DNA of 64,000 nucleotides from an uncultured Eubacteriales bacterium (GTDB lineage Bacteria > Bacillota > Clostridia > Lachnospirales > CAMVHY01), in contig CAOVHW010000004.1 of assembly GCA_948543815.1 (NCBI GenBank), positions 10,079 through 74,078 of the forward strand. Direction: 5' to 3'. Below the pieces are notes generated by a model that had not been told where the DNA came from, did no database searches, and was given only the letters and a program-made list of their open reading frames with translations. A program made the position numbers and the translations under genes. This document shows, piece by piece, positions 21,134 to 30,086 of this stretch; the first letter of the stretch is position 1, and the number at the start of each line of letters is the position of its first letter.

Positions 21134-21175
21134 GATTTTAAAGTTATTTGTGTTACAATTTTTCAGGTGAAAATT

Positions 21176-21880
21176 ATGAGTAATGAATTGCTTTTGATTT
21201 TAAATCTTATTTTTTTATACTCATGTGTAATTATTTTTTTCTATCTTTTTGAAAATATTGGCCTATATGTTTGGAGTGCGATTGCAACTATTTTAGCAAA
21301 CATTGAAGTTTTAATAATAGTAAATGCGTTTGGGATGCGGCAGACTTTAGGGAATATTTTATTTGCCACAACTTTTTTAGTTACAGATATTTTAAGTGAG
21401 ACGTACGGGAAAAAATTTGCACAGCGAGCAGTAGATATTGGAATAATTTCATCGTTGATATTTATTTTTATTTCGCAGTCGTGGTTATTTTATAAACCAG
21501 ATACGAATGATTTTGCGGCAGCACATATGAAAATAATTTTTTCGAACACACCACGCTTAATAATTGCAAGTTTTATTGTTTATATTATCGTTCAGAAATT
21601 TGATGTTTGGTTGTATCATAAATTGTGGGAGATAACGTCAAAAGTAAGTGGCGACTCAAAAAAATATTTATGGCTGCGGAATAATTTCGCAACGTTAGTA
21701 TCACAATTTTTAAATGTATTTCTTTATACATTCGCAGCATTTTATGGAATATATAATTTATCAATCATATGGGAATTAATTTTTTCGAGCTACGTAATTT
21801 TTATTTTTACAAGTTTATTAGATACACCAATTTTATATTTCGCACGAAAAATTTATTTTTGTAAGCATTTTAATTCGTAG
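21176..21880 (+). CDS. yhhQ: Queuosine-precursor transporter family protein (YhhQ / DUF165-like)
   Basis: Polytopic membrane protein with blocks I recognise as YhhQ-like: FATTFLVTDILSETYGKKFA, LWLRNNFATLVSQFL and DTPILYFARK. I prefer the ATG at 21176, preceded by CAGGTGA. The ORF-track start at 21005 reads through the repeat element. Confidence 0.7.
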   Translation: MSNELLLILNLIFLYSCVIIFFYLFENIGLYVWSAIATILANIEVLIIVNAFGMRQTLGNILFATTFLVTDILSETYGKKFAQRAVDIGIISSLIFIFISQSWLFYKPDTNDFAAAHMKIIFSNTPRLIIASFIVYIIVQKFDVWLYHKLWEITSKVSGDSKKYLWLRNNFATLVSQFLNVFLYTFAAFYGIYNLSIIWELIFSSYVIFIFTSLLDTPILYFARKIYFCKHFNS

Positions 21881-22206
21881 AAACTAATAGCTAATAGGAA
21901 GAAGCCGAAAATTTTTTTTAATATATCGGCTTCTATTTTTATTGCAATTATTGAGCCAAGTATACTTCCTAAAATTGCAGTAAATATCATACGTAAAAAA
22001 ATTTCCTTATCAATATTTTTATTTTTAATATGAATAATAATTGCACAGAGTGCAGTTGGTATGAAATAAATTAAATTAATCGTTTGAGCAATTTGTTGAG
22101 ATGTACCAAAAAAAATATTTAGTGCGGGAATTAAAATAGTTCCGCCACCAATTCCTATCCCACTAATTATCCCGGATATAAATCCAATAATAAGAAATGT
22201 AATCAT
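21853..22206 (-). CDS. TSUP (TauE/SafE) family permease, half-size, downstream half
   Basis: 117 aa, about 4 TM, with GIGGGTILIPAL near the N-terminus. Its start overlaps the upstream half by ATGA. Confidence 0.7.
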   Translation of the reverse strand: MITFLIIGFISGIISGIGIGGGTILIPALNIFFGTSQQIAQTINLIYFIPTALCAIIIHIKNKNIDKEIFLRMIFTAILGSILGSIIAIKIEADILKKIFGFFLLAISFYELKCLQK

Positions 22207-22556
22207 AAAATCATTTTTATAGCGGCAATTATTATAAAGACGGTAAAAATTTTTTTAAGATTAGAGTTAGATATTTTATTTAAGAAGTTAGCGCCAATAA
22301 ATCCACCGACTATTCCTCCTAAACTTATTAGTATTACCATAGACCAATTAAGTTGAAAATTTTTTATCATAATAAATGAGCTCGAGATACATAATGGGAG
22401 GATAATAGCCGTAGTAGTGGCATGAGATTTTTTTAATTCGGTATTAAAAAATTTTTGAAGTATCGGGATTAAAATCATCCCACCTCCCGCACCAAATAAA
22501 CCATTAATAAAACCAATAATAAAACCGAAAGTAGCAGACTTAATTAATTTTCGCAA
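22203..22556 (-). CDS. TSUP (TauE/SafE) family permease, half-size, upstream half
   Basis: 117 aa, about 4 TM, with GAGGGMILIPIL near the N-terminus. Confidence 0.7.
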   Translation of the reverse strand: MRKLIKSATFGFIIGFINGLFGAGGGMILIPILQKFFNTELKKSHATTTAIILPLCISSSFIMIKNFQLNWSMVILISLGGIVGGFIGANFLNKISNSNLKKIFTVFIIIAAIKMIL

Positions 22557-22701
22557 AGTTTTCGCCTCAAATTTATTATCTCTGTTTTTAAAAAATATAT
22601 TAGTGAGAAAAAATTTTATTTAACTAAAAAATTTGTTTTATCTCCATTTATATTGTATAATTTATAAGAGAGATAATAGATTTTCAAAGAAGGTGAATTT
22701 T

Positions 22702-25700
22702 ATGAGTGAACCTGTTATTAGTGAAAGTGTTGATGTGTTTAGAGAAATACGTCGTTGTTATCGTTTATCTTTAGATTTACAAAAAGAAGCTCAAGCTGCG
22801 GAAGAAAATTATAAAAAAATTATTGAAACTGAAGCTAAAAAGTTTAAAGATCGTAACGAAGAAAATTATAAAAAAGTTATAGAAAACGGATCAGTTATAC
22901 AAAGTAGAAATGAATTAGAAAATGTTATATGTAAATTGATGACATTAAGAGATTATGTATTAATGTTAGAACCAATGATGTTACAGGAAAATTTGACAGA
23001 TGCTGAGAAAAATAATATTAATTTCAACATGGAATGGAATAAATATTGTGCGTTGAAAGATAATGAAAAAGTTAATGAGCGTTGGCAAAAATTAAAATCA
23101 GAAAAAGAGGAAGAAGAGGAAGAAAGTATTAGTGATTTTTTTTCTGATGAAAAAAATGAAGAAACACCAAATGAACAAAAAAATGAGTATGAAGAATTAA
23201 TTTCAGAGTTTGGTAATTTTGAGTGTGATAATTTTTTTGAACTATTAATGAAGCAAGTCAAAGAAAATGAAACAACGGATAACGATGAAGATATTAATGA
23301 GCTGAGGAAAAATTATGGTTCAATTAGTAATTTTAATATTCAAGAGAAAAGAGAATTTTTAAATTCAATATTTGATTTTAAAGTTATTACATCAAAAAAT
23401 GTTTTAGATACATTTAAATTACTATTGGTAAGTAGTAAATGTGGGTTATATTCCAGTAAAGTTTCGCATGGTTATGTTAATTACAATATTGAAGAAAAAA
23501 GTTTAGGCGGCAAAAACAAATTAGATGAAATTGCGGAAGATTTGTTTTTTCCTAAAACTGATTTTAAAGATATACCTTCACAAAATATTGGTTCTTCTAG
23601 AATGGATGGATCTTGTTTACTTGGTGCAATCTTTCCATATTTAACGCAGGAGATAATGGACAAGATTGTAGATTATGTCAAAAAGCATAACATGTCATGT
23701 CCTACAATTACTGTTCTCAATGAAAATTGTAAAAATGAAGTAATTTTTAATTATGATGGTGTAACAACTTTTTTTGACCTTGTAATTAAAAATAGATTTG
23801 ACAGGGATTGGGAAAATAATTTTAATTATATTATGTATATGCGTGCTGCAATTGCCATAATGATGTATAAAAATATATCACAAAATAAAAAAAATGAAAT
23901 TAATAATAATGAAATTGCATACGTTTTAGGTTTTGGAACAAATGAAATAGGTTATATTGAAGCAAATTCATCTGTAATGGATGCTATAGCTAATTTAACT
24001 GGTTACTCGATTGTAGCTATTACAAATCAAACTCCACCTTCGTACTTTCCAAGCTATGCAAATTTATCAAATGAATGTGTAAGACTTAATTATTCTGTAC
24101 CGAATAAACTTAAAAGGAGATGTTATAAAGAAGATATTACAAATTATAATAATGATCATGAAAATTCAGGAGAAATAGAAATAAATCAGGCAAATAGTAG
24201 AGCCAAAATGGCTATAAATGATTTTATGTATACCCTTATAAATGGTAATAAAAATGATAAGGTTGAAGCAATTGCTAAAGGTACAAACTCAGTAATTGAA
24301 CCTGCAAAATATAAAATTGATGAAAATACAGAGCAAAAAATTATTTTTGTTAGAAAAAGTTATCTCCATTATGAACCAGTTCAACCAAATGGTTTTAAGC
24401 CTGGAGCGTTAGGAGAACAAGAATTCAATTCAGTTGAATTACCACAAAAGCAAAAAGATTTTGCTAATTATTTGCGTAATCAAAAAACTATTAAACCTGT
24501 TCCTACAAATGTCAGCCAAGAAATGAGTGATTTATTATTCAGAAAAAATTTACCGATATCTCAAATAGAAAGTGCACAATATTTATTGTATGGCATTAGT
24601 CAAAATCCAGAGTTGGTTAATTATTTTCGACAGGTTACTAAATCAAAATATGAGAAAAAAATAGATGAATTTAAAACAACTTGGGAAAATAAATTAAATG
24701 AAATGCAAAAAAATCTGGAAAAAAAATTTGCTAAATCAAAAGAAGAAGTTTTAAAAGCTAAATTTAAATCTATTGAAAAAAAAGATAGTTTTATAAATAA
24801 TTTACGTGATAATTATATAAATCGAATAATGTTTATTAATTTTTTACGTTATTTTATAATGCAAAAATATTTTTATGAAATGGAGATTGAAAATGAATTT
24901 GAAAAATTCTGTTCAGAGCTTAGTTTAAATCAAGAACAAGAAATAAAATTTAATTTATTAATTAGTGAAAATGAAAATGAATATGGAAATTTTAAAAAAT
25001 CGTTTGATGTTTTAAAAAATGTTATAAAGAAGTTAAAATCAAATGAAATAGACGAAGAAAATAGCGAAATAAAAAAAAGAATCAAAAAGAATTATGAGCA
25101 GTCAATAAGTGAATGTAAAAATATTTGCGATGCAATGAAAATGGATTATGGAATAAAAATTGATGATAATTTAATAAAAAAAAATCAAAGTGTCGGAATA
25201 AGTTCATTTTTCCTTTCAGTTTTATCTTATATTACACCGAAAGAATTTAATTTGATAAGAAAATATGTTGATGAAAAAAATCAAGAGGTTAAAATAAATG
25301 GAAAACAAAGGACAGTTTTGGATTGGCTTAATGATTCAGAGGAAAATCTTTTAACTCCGGAAATTTATTTGCGCGCGTATGTAGTTTTAAAATGTTTAGA
25401 AAGATTTCCAGATGATAATAAACGTGATAAAAATTTGAATAGTAATCTTAGAACAATATTAGGTTGTGAGAGAGATAAAAATATAGATTGGACAAATTTT
25501 GCTTTCTTTAAACTAGTTTCACAAACTTTAGAAAAATCAATTTTAATTGTTAGTCCCGGAACAGATAAAGATAAATCAGGATATTGTTGTGTAAAATCAA
25601 AAAATGAAAAGATTGAGATAGATGAAAGTGCAAAAAAATTATCAGATTTTTCATCAACTGAAATAGTAAATGCAGACAAAAAAATTAATAATACCTGTAA

Positions 25701-27444
25701 TAATTTTAGCGAAAATGGATGTATTTGTATTCATTATTCTGATGAAAATAATTTTGCTCCTATTGGTTATGATTTAGATATTAATAAATTTGGCAGTATG
25801 ATTTTATCTATTGATGATGAAGTTTCAACAAAAAATATAAAATTGTTGGCTAATAATTTTTTGGAAACTTTACATGTGAATTTGAGTTCAAAGTTTTTAA
25901 AAACCACAAAAAATGTAATAGCAATGGCATTGTTGAGTAAAAATTTAAAACAAAATGACATAAGTTTACTAAAAAAATGGTTTACAGATAATAATAATAA
26001 TTTTTTAGAAAATAAATTTGAGAAATTTGCAAATATCATTCTTGAAAATATACGCAATCCTTTCCAAACTTCAAGTTTTAATATTTTAGTTGTAGCAAAT
26101 TTATTTAGTAAAGGGATTCATTTTTCTTCAGATTTGAATTCAAAATTATTTCAGATTGAACCTATAGAAAAATTTTTGCCATCAGATATGTATGATGAAT
26201 TTCTGAATAATTTTCTTAAAATTGATAAAAAATCTCAGGAAAACATAATAAATTTATTAATCGATTATAAAGAAAATACTCAATATGTTTTGCCACTTGT
26301 TTGTGATTTAATAAATAATAAGTCTGATGGAAGCATTTATAAAAATTTAGTTACTTTGCTTGAAGCAAAAGAAAACGTTGATTTTTATATCTCAAATAGA
26401 AAAAGTATTGAAGAAAAAAATTATAAATTGATTTCACGATTAAATATAGATGAAAATTTAAAATCTGATTTTATTAAAAAAATCCATTTTTTAAGTTTAG
26501 AAGAATTAAATTTTTTGGAGAAAATTATTTTAAACTCTGGACAAAATGCAACTGCATTATTAAAATTATCTATTAAAGATTTTCAAGATATTAATGAAAA
26601 ATTTATAGAATGGAAGAATTTTTTACGACTTAATGGATTTAGTGAAAGACAAATTAGAAACATGGAAAATAAATTTATCCATGAAAAATTAAATGTCAAA
26701 AATTTTGATGTAAAAAAATTTTTAATTGAAATACATATGATGCAAAAAAATTATTTATTAATTTCCAGCAAAGATAAAAGAGATTATTATTCAAATCCAA
26801 TTGAATACGTCGAAAATTTTCAAAAGGATTTGAAAAAAATAAAAGAAATGCTTCAAAAGCCAATTGGTAATTTTGAAAAATTGTTTGATTTGTGTGATGA
26901 CAAAGTTTTAGTTGATAAATGTTTAACGGCTTTAGAATCAGAAAAAACAAACGAAAGTATTGATTTTGCAAAAAAACTTAAAGCAATAATTGAAATTAAA
27001 AAAAGTTTATGCAGAGTAAGAAGTTGGCATAGAGATACAGCAAAAGCTTTTATTACAAATGTTTTCAGAAGTTATGTAAGCAACAATCCATTTAATTATG
27101 ATAGTTTTGTAAGTAATTTAGAAGATTTTATTGAGCAATATTGTAAAAATCCTCGAGGCTTTGCTGAAATAATACAAATGCGTAATAGTTTGGGCAGAAT
27201 AAATTATAAAACTTTTCAAGCGCTTTATGATTCAAGCTTAGATTCGATTTCAAAAAAATTTACTGAATTGACGAATGATGAAGCTTTAATTTTGTTTTAT
27301 TTATGTATTAGAACCTTTACAAAGAATGAAGTTCAACAAAAAACAAATTTTGCAGAAAAGATAAATGAAGCAATAAAAAAAGAAAATGATTTACAACCAT
27401 CATTACAAAGTAGTACAGATGAATCACTTACTGAGCATAATTAG
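22702..27444 (+). CDS. Large orphan protein (about 1580 aa) with two tandem OTU-like cysteine-peptidase-like regions
   Basis: Long ORF. I prefer the ATG at 22702 with GAAGGTGA 6 nt upstream over the TTG at 22633. Region 1 motifs are MDGSCLLGAI (Cys codon 23614-23616), FGTNEIGYIE...MDAIANLTGYSIVAI and SYLHYEPV (His 24367-24369). Region 2 motifs are GISSFFLSVL (Ser 25204-25206), DWTNFAFFKLVSQTLEKSILIV and CICIHYSDE (His 25732-25734). Confidence 0.85.
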   Translation: MSEPVISESVDVFREIRRCYRLSLDLQKEAQAAEENYKKIIETEAKKFKDRNEENYKKVIENGSVIQSRNELENVICKLMTLRDYVLMLEPMMLQENLTDAEKNNINFNMEWNKYCALKDNEKVNERWQKLKSEKEEEEEESISDFFSDEKNEETPNEQKNEYEELISEFGNFECDNFFELLMKQVKENETTDNDEDINELRKNYGSISNFNIQEKREFLNSIFDFKVITSKNVLDTFKLLLVSSKCGLYSSKVSHGYVNYNIEEKSLGGKNKLDEIAEDLFFPKTDFKDIPSQNIGSSRMDGSCLLGAIFPYLTQEIMDKIVDYVKKHNMSCPTITVLNENCKNEVIFNYDGVTTFFDLVIKNRFDRDWENNFNYIMYMRAAIAIMMYKNISQNKKNEINNNEIAYVLGFGTNEIGYIEANSSVMDAIANLTGYSIVAITNQTPPSYFPSYANLSNECVRLNYSVPNKLKRRCYKEDITNYNNDHENSGEIEINQANSRAKMAINDFMYTLINGNKNDKVEAIAKGTNSVIEPAKYKIDENTEQKIIFVRKSYLHYEPVQPNGFKPGALGEQEFNSVELPQKQKDFANYLRNQKTIKPVPTNVSQEMSDLLFRKNLPISQIESAQYLLYGISQNPELVNYFRQVTKSKYEKKIDEFKTTWENKLNEMQKNLEKKFAKSKEEVLKAKFKSIEKKDSFINNLRDNYINRIMFINFLRYFIMQKYFYEMEIENEFEKFCSELSLNQEQEIKFNLLISENENEYGNFKKSFDVLKNVIKKLKSNEIDEENSEIKKRIKKNYEQSISECKNICDAMKMDYGIKIDDNLIKKNQSVGISSFFLSVLSYITPKEFNLIRKYVDEKNQEVKINGKQRTVLDWLNDSEENLLTPEIYLRAYVVLKCLERFPDDNKRDKNLNSNLRTILGCERDKNIDWTNFAFFKLVSQTLEKSILIVSPGTDKDKSGYCCVKSKNEKIEIDESAKKLSDFSSTEIVNADKKINNTCNNFSENGCICIHYSDENNFAPIGYDLDINKFGSMILSIDDEVSTKNIKLLANNFLETLHVNLSSKFLKTTKNVIAMALLSKNLKQNDISLLKKWFTDNNNNFLENKFEKFANIILENIRNPFQTSSFNILVVANLFSKGIHFSSDLNSKLFQIEPIEKFLPSDMYDEFLNNFLKIDKKSQENIINLLIDYKENTQYVLPLVCDLINNKSDGSIYKNLVTLLEAKENVDFYISNRKSIEEKNYKLISRLNIDENLKSDFIKKIHFLSLEELNFLEKIILNSGQNATALLKLSIKDFQDINEKFIEWKNFLRLNGFSERQIRNMENKFIHEKLNVKNFDVKKFLIEIHMMQKNYLLISSKDKRDYYSNPIEYVENFQKDLKKIKEMLQKPIGNFEKLFDLCDDKVLVDKCLTALESEKTNESIDFAKKLKAIIEIKKSLCRVRSWHRDTAKAFITNVFRSYVSNNPFNYDSFVSNLEDFIEQYCKNPRGFAEIIQMRNSLGRINYKTFQALYDSSLDSISKKFTELTNDEALILFYLCIRTFTKNEVQQKTNFAEKINEAIKKENDLQPSLQSSTDESLTEHN

Positions 27445-28102
27445 TTTCTGCCTGAGATTTTCGTAAATAAAACGGTAGAAAATTTTCGTATGAAAAAATG
27501 CTTTTGGATTCCGAAAGCATTTTTTTTGCGTATAGCAAAACACTTTTTGCTGATTGTAAATTTAAATTTTCTGGTGCGAGCAAAAAGTTTGTGTCAATCA
27601 ATTTTTCTTTATTAACTTCGACGCCATCGCCCAAAAATATTTTTTCATGTTCAAATTTTTTTGTGCGCTCAATTATTTCATCTATACTGCAATTCAAATA
27701 TTCCGAAATTCTTTGACCGTTTTCATAAATTGCCGAATAAACTTGATTACGACGCGCATCCATTATCGGAATAATTATTTTATCCGGTGCAAATATATTC
27801 ATCGTCATTGCGTCAAGTGTTGGCACATTTATTATTGAAATATTTAGTGCATGTGCAAAAGCTTTTGCAGTTGCCGCACCAATTTTTATACCTGTAAATG
27901 ACCCCGGTCCTGATGAACATGCAACGTAATTTATTTCATTCGGTTGCATGTCTAACATCTTTAGCAAATCTTTTATCATTGGCAATAATGTTTGGGAATG
28001 AGTGTAGCCCGCATTTAAATTTATTTCGCCTAAAATTTTTTCTGAATTTCCAATTGCAACTGCTGCCGTTTTACCCGTTGTTTCTATCGCTAGTATATTC
28101 AT
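27428..28102 (-). CDS. tsaB: tRNA t6A37 biosynthesis protein TsaB (YeaZ family)
   Basis: 224 aa starting MNILAIETTGKTAAVAI, with YVACSSGPGSFTGIKIG. This is the typical TsaB N-terminal ASKHA fold signature. Confidence 0.85.
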   Translation of the reverse strand: MNILAIETTGKTAAVAIGNSEKILGEINLNAGYTHSQTLLPMIKDLLKMLDMQPNEINYVACSSGPGSFTGIKIGAATAKAFAHALNISIINVPTLDAMTMNIFAPDKIIIPIMDARRNQVYSAIYENGQRISEYLNCSIDEIIERTKKFEHEKIFLGDGVEVNKEKLIDTNFLLAPENLNLQSAKSVLLYAKKMLSESKSIFSYENFLPFYLRKSQAETNYAQ

Positions 28103-28241
28103 TGTTTTTCCCTCACTAAAAATTTTTTCGTTAGCTTCTTAATTTTTAACTATTATATGAAAAATGATTTGCCTTTTTCAATTTTATTGATTTAGTTCGC
28201 TTTTTCATTTAAAATTAATAAAAAATAGGGAAGTGGTGTAA

Positions 28242-29561
28242 ATTTTATTCGATAATATTTCTAATAAGTTTCAGGATATTTTTAAAAATTTACGGCGTAA
28301 AGGTACTTTAACTGAAAACGATATTAAGTCCGCAATGCGCGATGTTAAAATCGCACTCTTAGATGCCGATGTTAATTTCAAAGTCGTTAAGCAATTTATT
28401 AATACTGTTTCTGAAAAAGCTTTGGGCAATGAAATTATGCAAAGTCTATCGCCCGGCCAACAAATTATTAAAATTGTTAATGACGAATTGATAAATATTT
28501 TAGGAACGACGCCCGCTCGTTTAACTTTCTCATCTTCTTCATTGACAACTTATATGTTAGTTGGATTACAAGGCGCCGGAAAAACTACAGCCGCTGGAAA
28601 ACTAGCGTTGATGTTAAAAAAACAAGGTAAAAAAGTTTTACTTATTGCTGCTGATACTTATCGGCCTGCCGCAATTAAACAACTACAAGTTTTTGGTGAA
28701 AAAAATTCTGTGGACGTATTTGCATTGGAAGATAAAAATTCGCCCGTTAAAATTGCTGCGGACGGAATTTCTTATGCATTGACAAATAATTTCAATGTTG
28801 CTATAATAGACACCGCTGGACGTTTGAATTTCGATGAACAATTAATGAATGAATTACTCGAAATGAAAAAAGCTGCGCGCCCTCAGGAAATTTTATTGGT
28901 TTTGGATTCAATGATTGGTCAGGAAGCCGTTAATATCGCTCAAAGTTTTAATGACCAAATCGGTATCGATGGTATCATTATGACTAAACTCGATAGTGAT
29001 ACGCGTGGTGGCGCAATGCTTTCCGTTCGTGCTGTTACTCAAAAACCTATAAAATTTATTGGTGTTGGTGAAAAGCCTGAGGATTTAGAACAGTTCTATC
29101 CCGATCGTATTGCTTCACGAATTTTAGGTATGGGTGATATCTTATCCGTTATCGAAAAAGCTCAAGCTTCTTTCGATGACGATATGGAAGATGTACAAAA
29201 AAAATTCTTGACAAATGAATTTGATCTCCAGGATTTCTATAAGCAATTGAAAAATGTGAAAAAGTTAGGTCCCGCAAAAAATTTGTTGAAAATGATTCCT
29301 GGTTTATCAAATTTGAATTTGGATAACTTAGAGCCTGATGAAAAAATTTACGCTAGAATTGAGTCAATAATTTTATCCATGACTCCTCAAGAACGTAAAA
29401 ATCCGCAAATTATTAATGGTTCGCGGAAAAAACGTATCGCTAACGGCTCCGGTCGTACTATAAATGACGTTAATGTTTTACTGAAACGCTTCAGTGATAC
29501 TAAAAAAATGATTAAAATGCTTACTTCTAATAAAAAATCTCTCTTCAATTTCTTTAAATAA
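28242..29561 (+). CDS. ffh: Signal recognition particle protein Ffh
   Basis: G domain GLQGAGKTT, DTAGR and TKLDSDTRGG, plus a Met-rich M domain. The ORF track starts at ATG 28335, but the frame is open back to 28242. The extra 31 codons (LFDNISNKFQDIFKNLRRKGTLTENDIKSA) match the conserved start of the Ffh N domain. The only candidate initiator there is ATT 28242, with GGGAAG 8 nt upstream. Confidence 0.85.
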   Translation: MLFDNISNKFQDIFKNLRRKGTLTENDIKSAMRDVKIALLDADVNFKVVKQFINTVSEKALGNEIMQSLSPGQQIIKIVNDELINILGTTPARLTFSSSSLTTYMLVGLQGAGKTTAAGKLALMLKKQGKKVLLIAADTYRPAAIKQLQVFGEKNSVDVFALEDKNSPVKIAADGISYALTNNFNVAIIDTAGRLNFDEQLMNELLEMKKAARPQEILLVLDSMIGQEAVNIAQSFNDQIGIDGIIMTKLDSDTRGGAMLSVRAVTQKPIKFIGVGEKPEDLEQFYPDRIASRILGMGDILSVIEKAQASFDDDMEDVQKKFLTNEFDLQDFYKQLKNVKKLGPAKNLLKMIPGLSNLNLDNLEPDEKIYARIESIILSMTPQERKNPQIINGSRKKRIANGSGRTINDVNVLLKRFSDTKKMIKMLTSNKKSLFNFFK

Positions 29562-29581
29562 TTTAAAGGAGGTGAAGTTTA

Positions 29582-29824
29582 TTGTCTGTTAAAATTAGAT
29601 TGCGTAGAGTTGGCGCTAAAAAAAATCCTTCCTATAAAATCGTTGTCGCTGATTCCCGTACCCCTCGTAATGGTAAAATTATCGCTCAAATCGGTTTCTA
29701 TAACCCTATGCCTAATCCCGCTGTTATCTCTATTAATTCAAATGATGCCCATTATTGGCTCAGTAAAGGTGCTTTGCCTACTGACTCCGTTCAAAAATTA
29801 TTTAATACTGCCGGTGTAAATTAA
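29582..29824 (+). CDS. rpsP: 30S ribosomal protein S16
   Basis: SVKIRLRRVGAKKNPSYKIVVADSR. TTG start after AAAGGAGGTGA. Confidence 0.95.
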   Translation: MSVKIRLRRVGAKKNPSYKIVVADSRTPRNGKIIAQIGFYNPMPNPAVISINSNDAHYWLSKGALPTDSVQKLFNTAGVN

Positions 29825-29842
29825 TCTTAGGAGGAATTTCTT

Positions 29843-30076
29843 ATGAAAGATTTATTAGAAACTTTAGTTAAAAGCTTGGTCGATTATCCTGATAAAATCT
29901 CGGTTAATGAAATTAATGGCGAACAAACTACTATCTTAGAATTAAAAGTTTTACCTGAAGATATGGGGAAAGTTATCGGTAAAGAAGGCCGTATCGCTAA
30001 ATCTATCCGTACTATTATAAAAGCTGCTGCTATGCATAACGGTAAAAGAGTTACTATCGAAATTATTCAAGCTTAG
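29843..30076 (+). CDS. khpA: KH-domain RNA-binding protein (YlqC/KhpA)
   Basis: 77 aa with the KH motif VIGKEGRIAKSIRTI. It lies directly after rpsP, as in other Bacillota. Confidence 0.85.
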   Translation: MKDLLETLVKSLVDYPDKISVNEINGEQTTILELKVLPEDMGKVIGKEGRIAKSIRTIIKAAAMHNGKRVTIEIIQA

Positions 30077-30086
30077 TCATAAAACC

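Noticed and set aside
21005-21175. N-terminal extension of the yhhQ ORF (MKEKKQKNFNKRTSRYAKFF...)
   Set aside because: It reads through the hairpin-rich repeat element. The YhhQ homology starts at Met 21176, which has its own RBS.
21134-21175. Possible preQ1 riboswitch upstream of the yhhQ-like transporter
   Set aside because: I could not find the short P1 hairpin plus A-rich tail ending in the RBS that I recall for preQ1-I. The leader is only about 40 nt after the repeat element. A covariance-model scan (Rfam RF00522, RF01054, RF02680) would settle it.
22633-22701. TTG start at 22633 for the 1603-aa ORF
   Set aside because: The first 23 codons (MFYLHLYCIIYKRDNRFSKKVNF) lack an RBS and include promoter-like A/T sequence. 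The ATG at 22702 has GAAGGTGA at ideal spacing.
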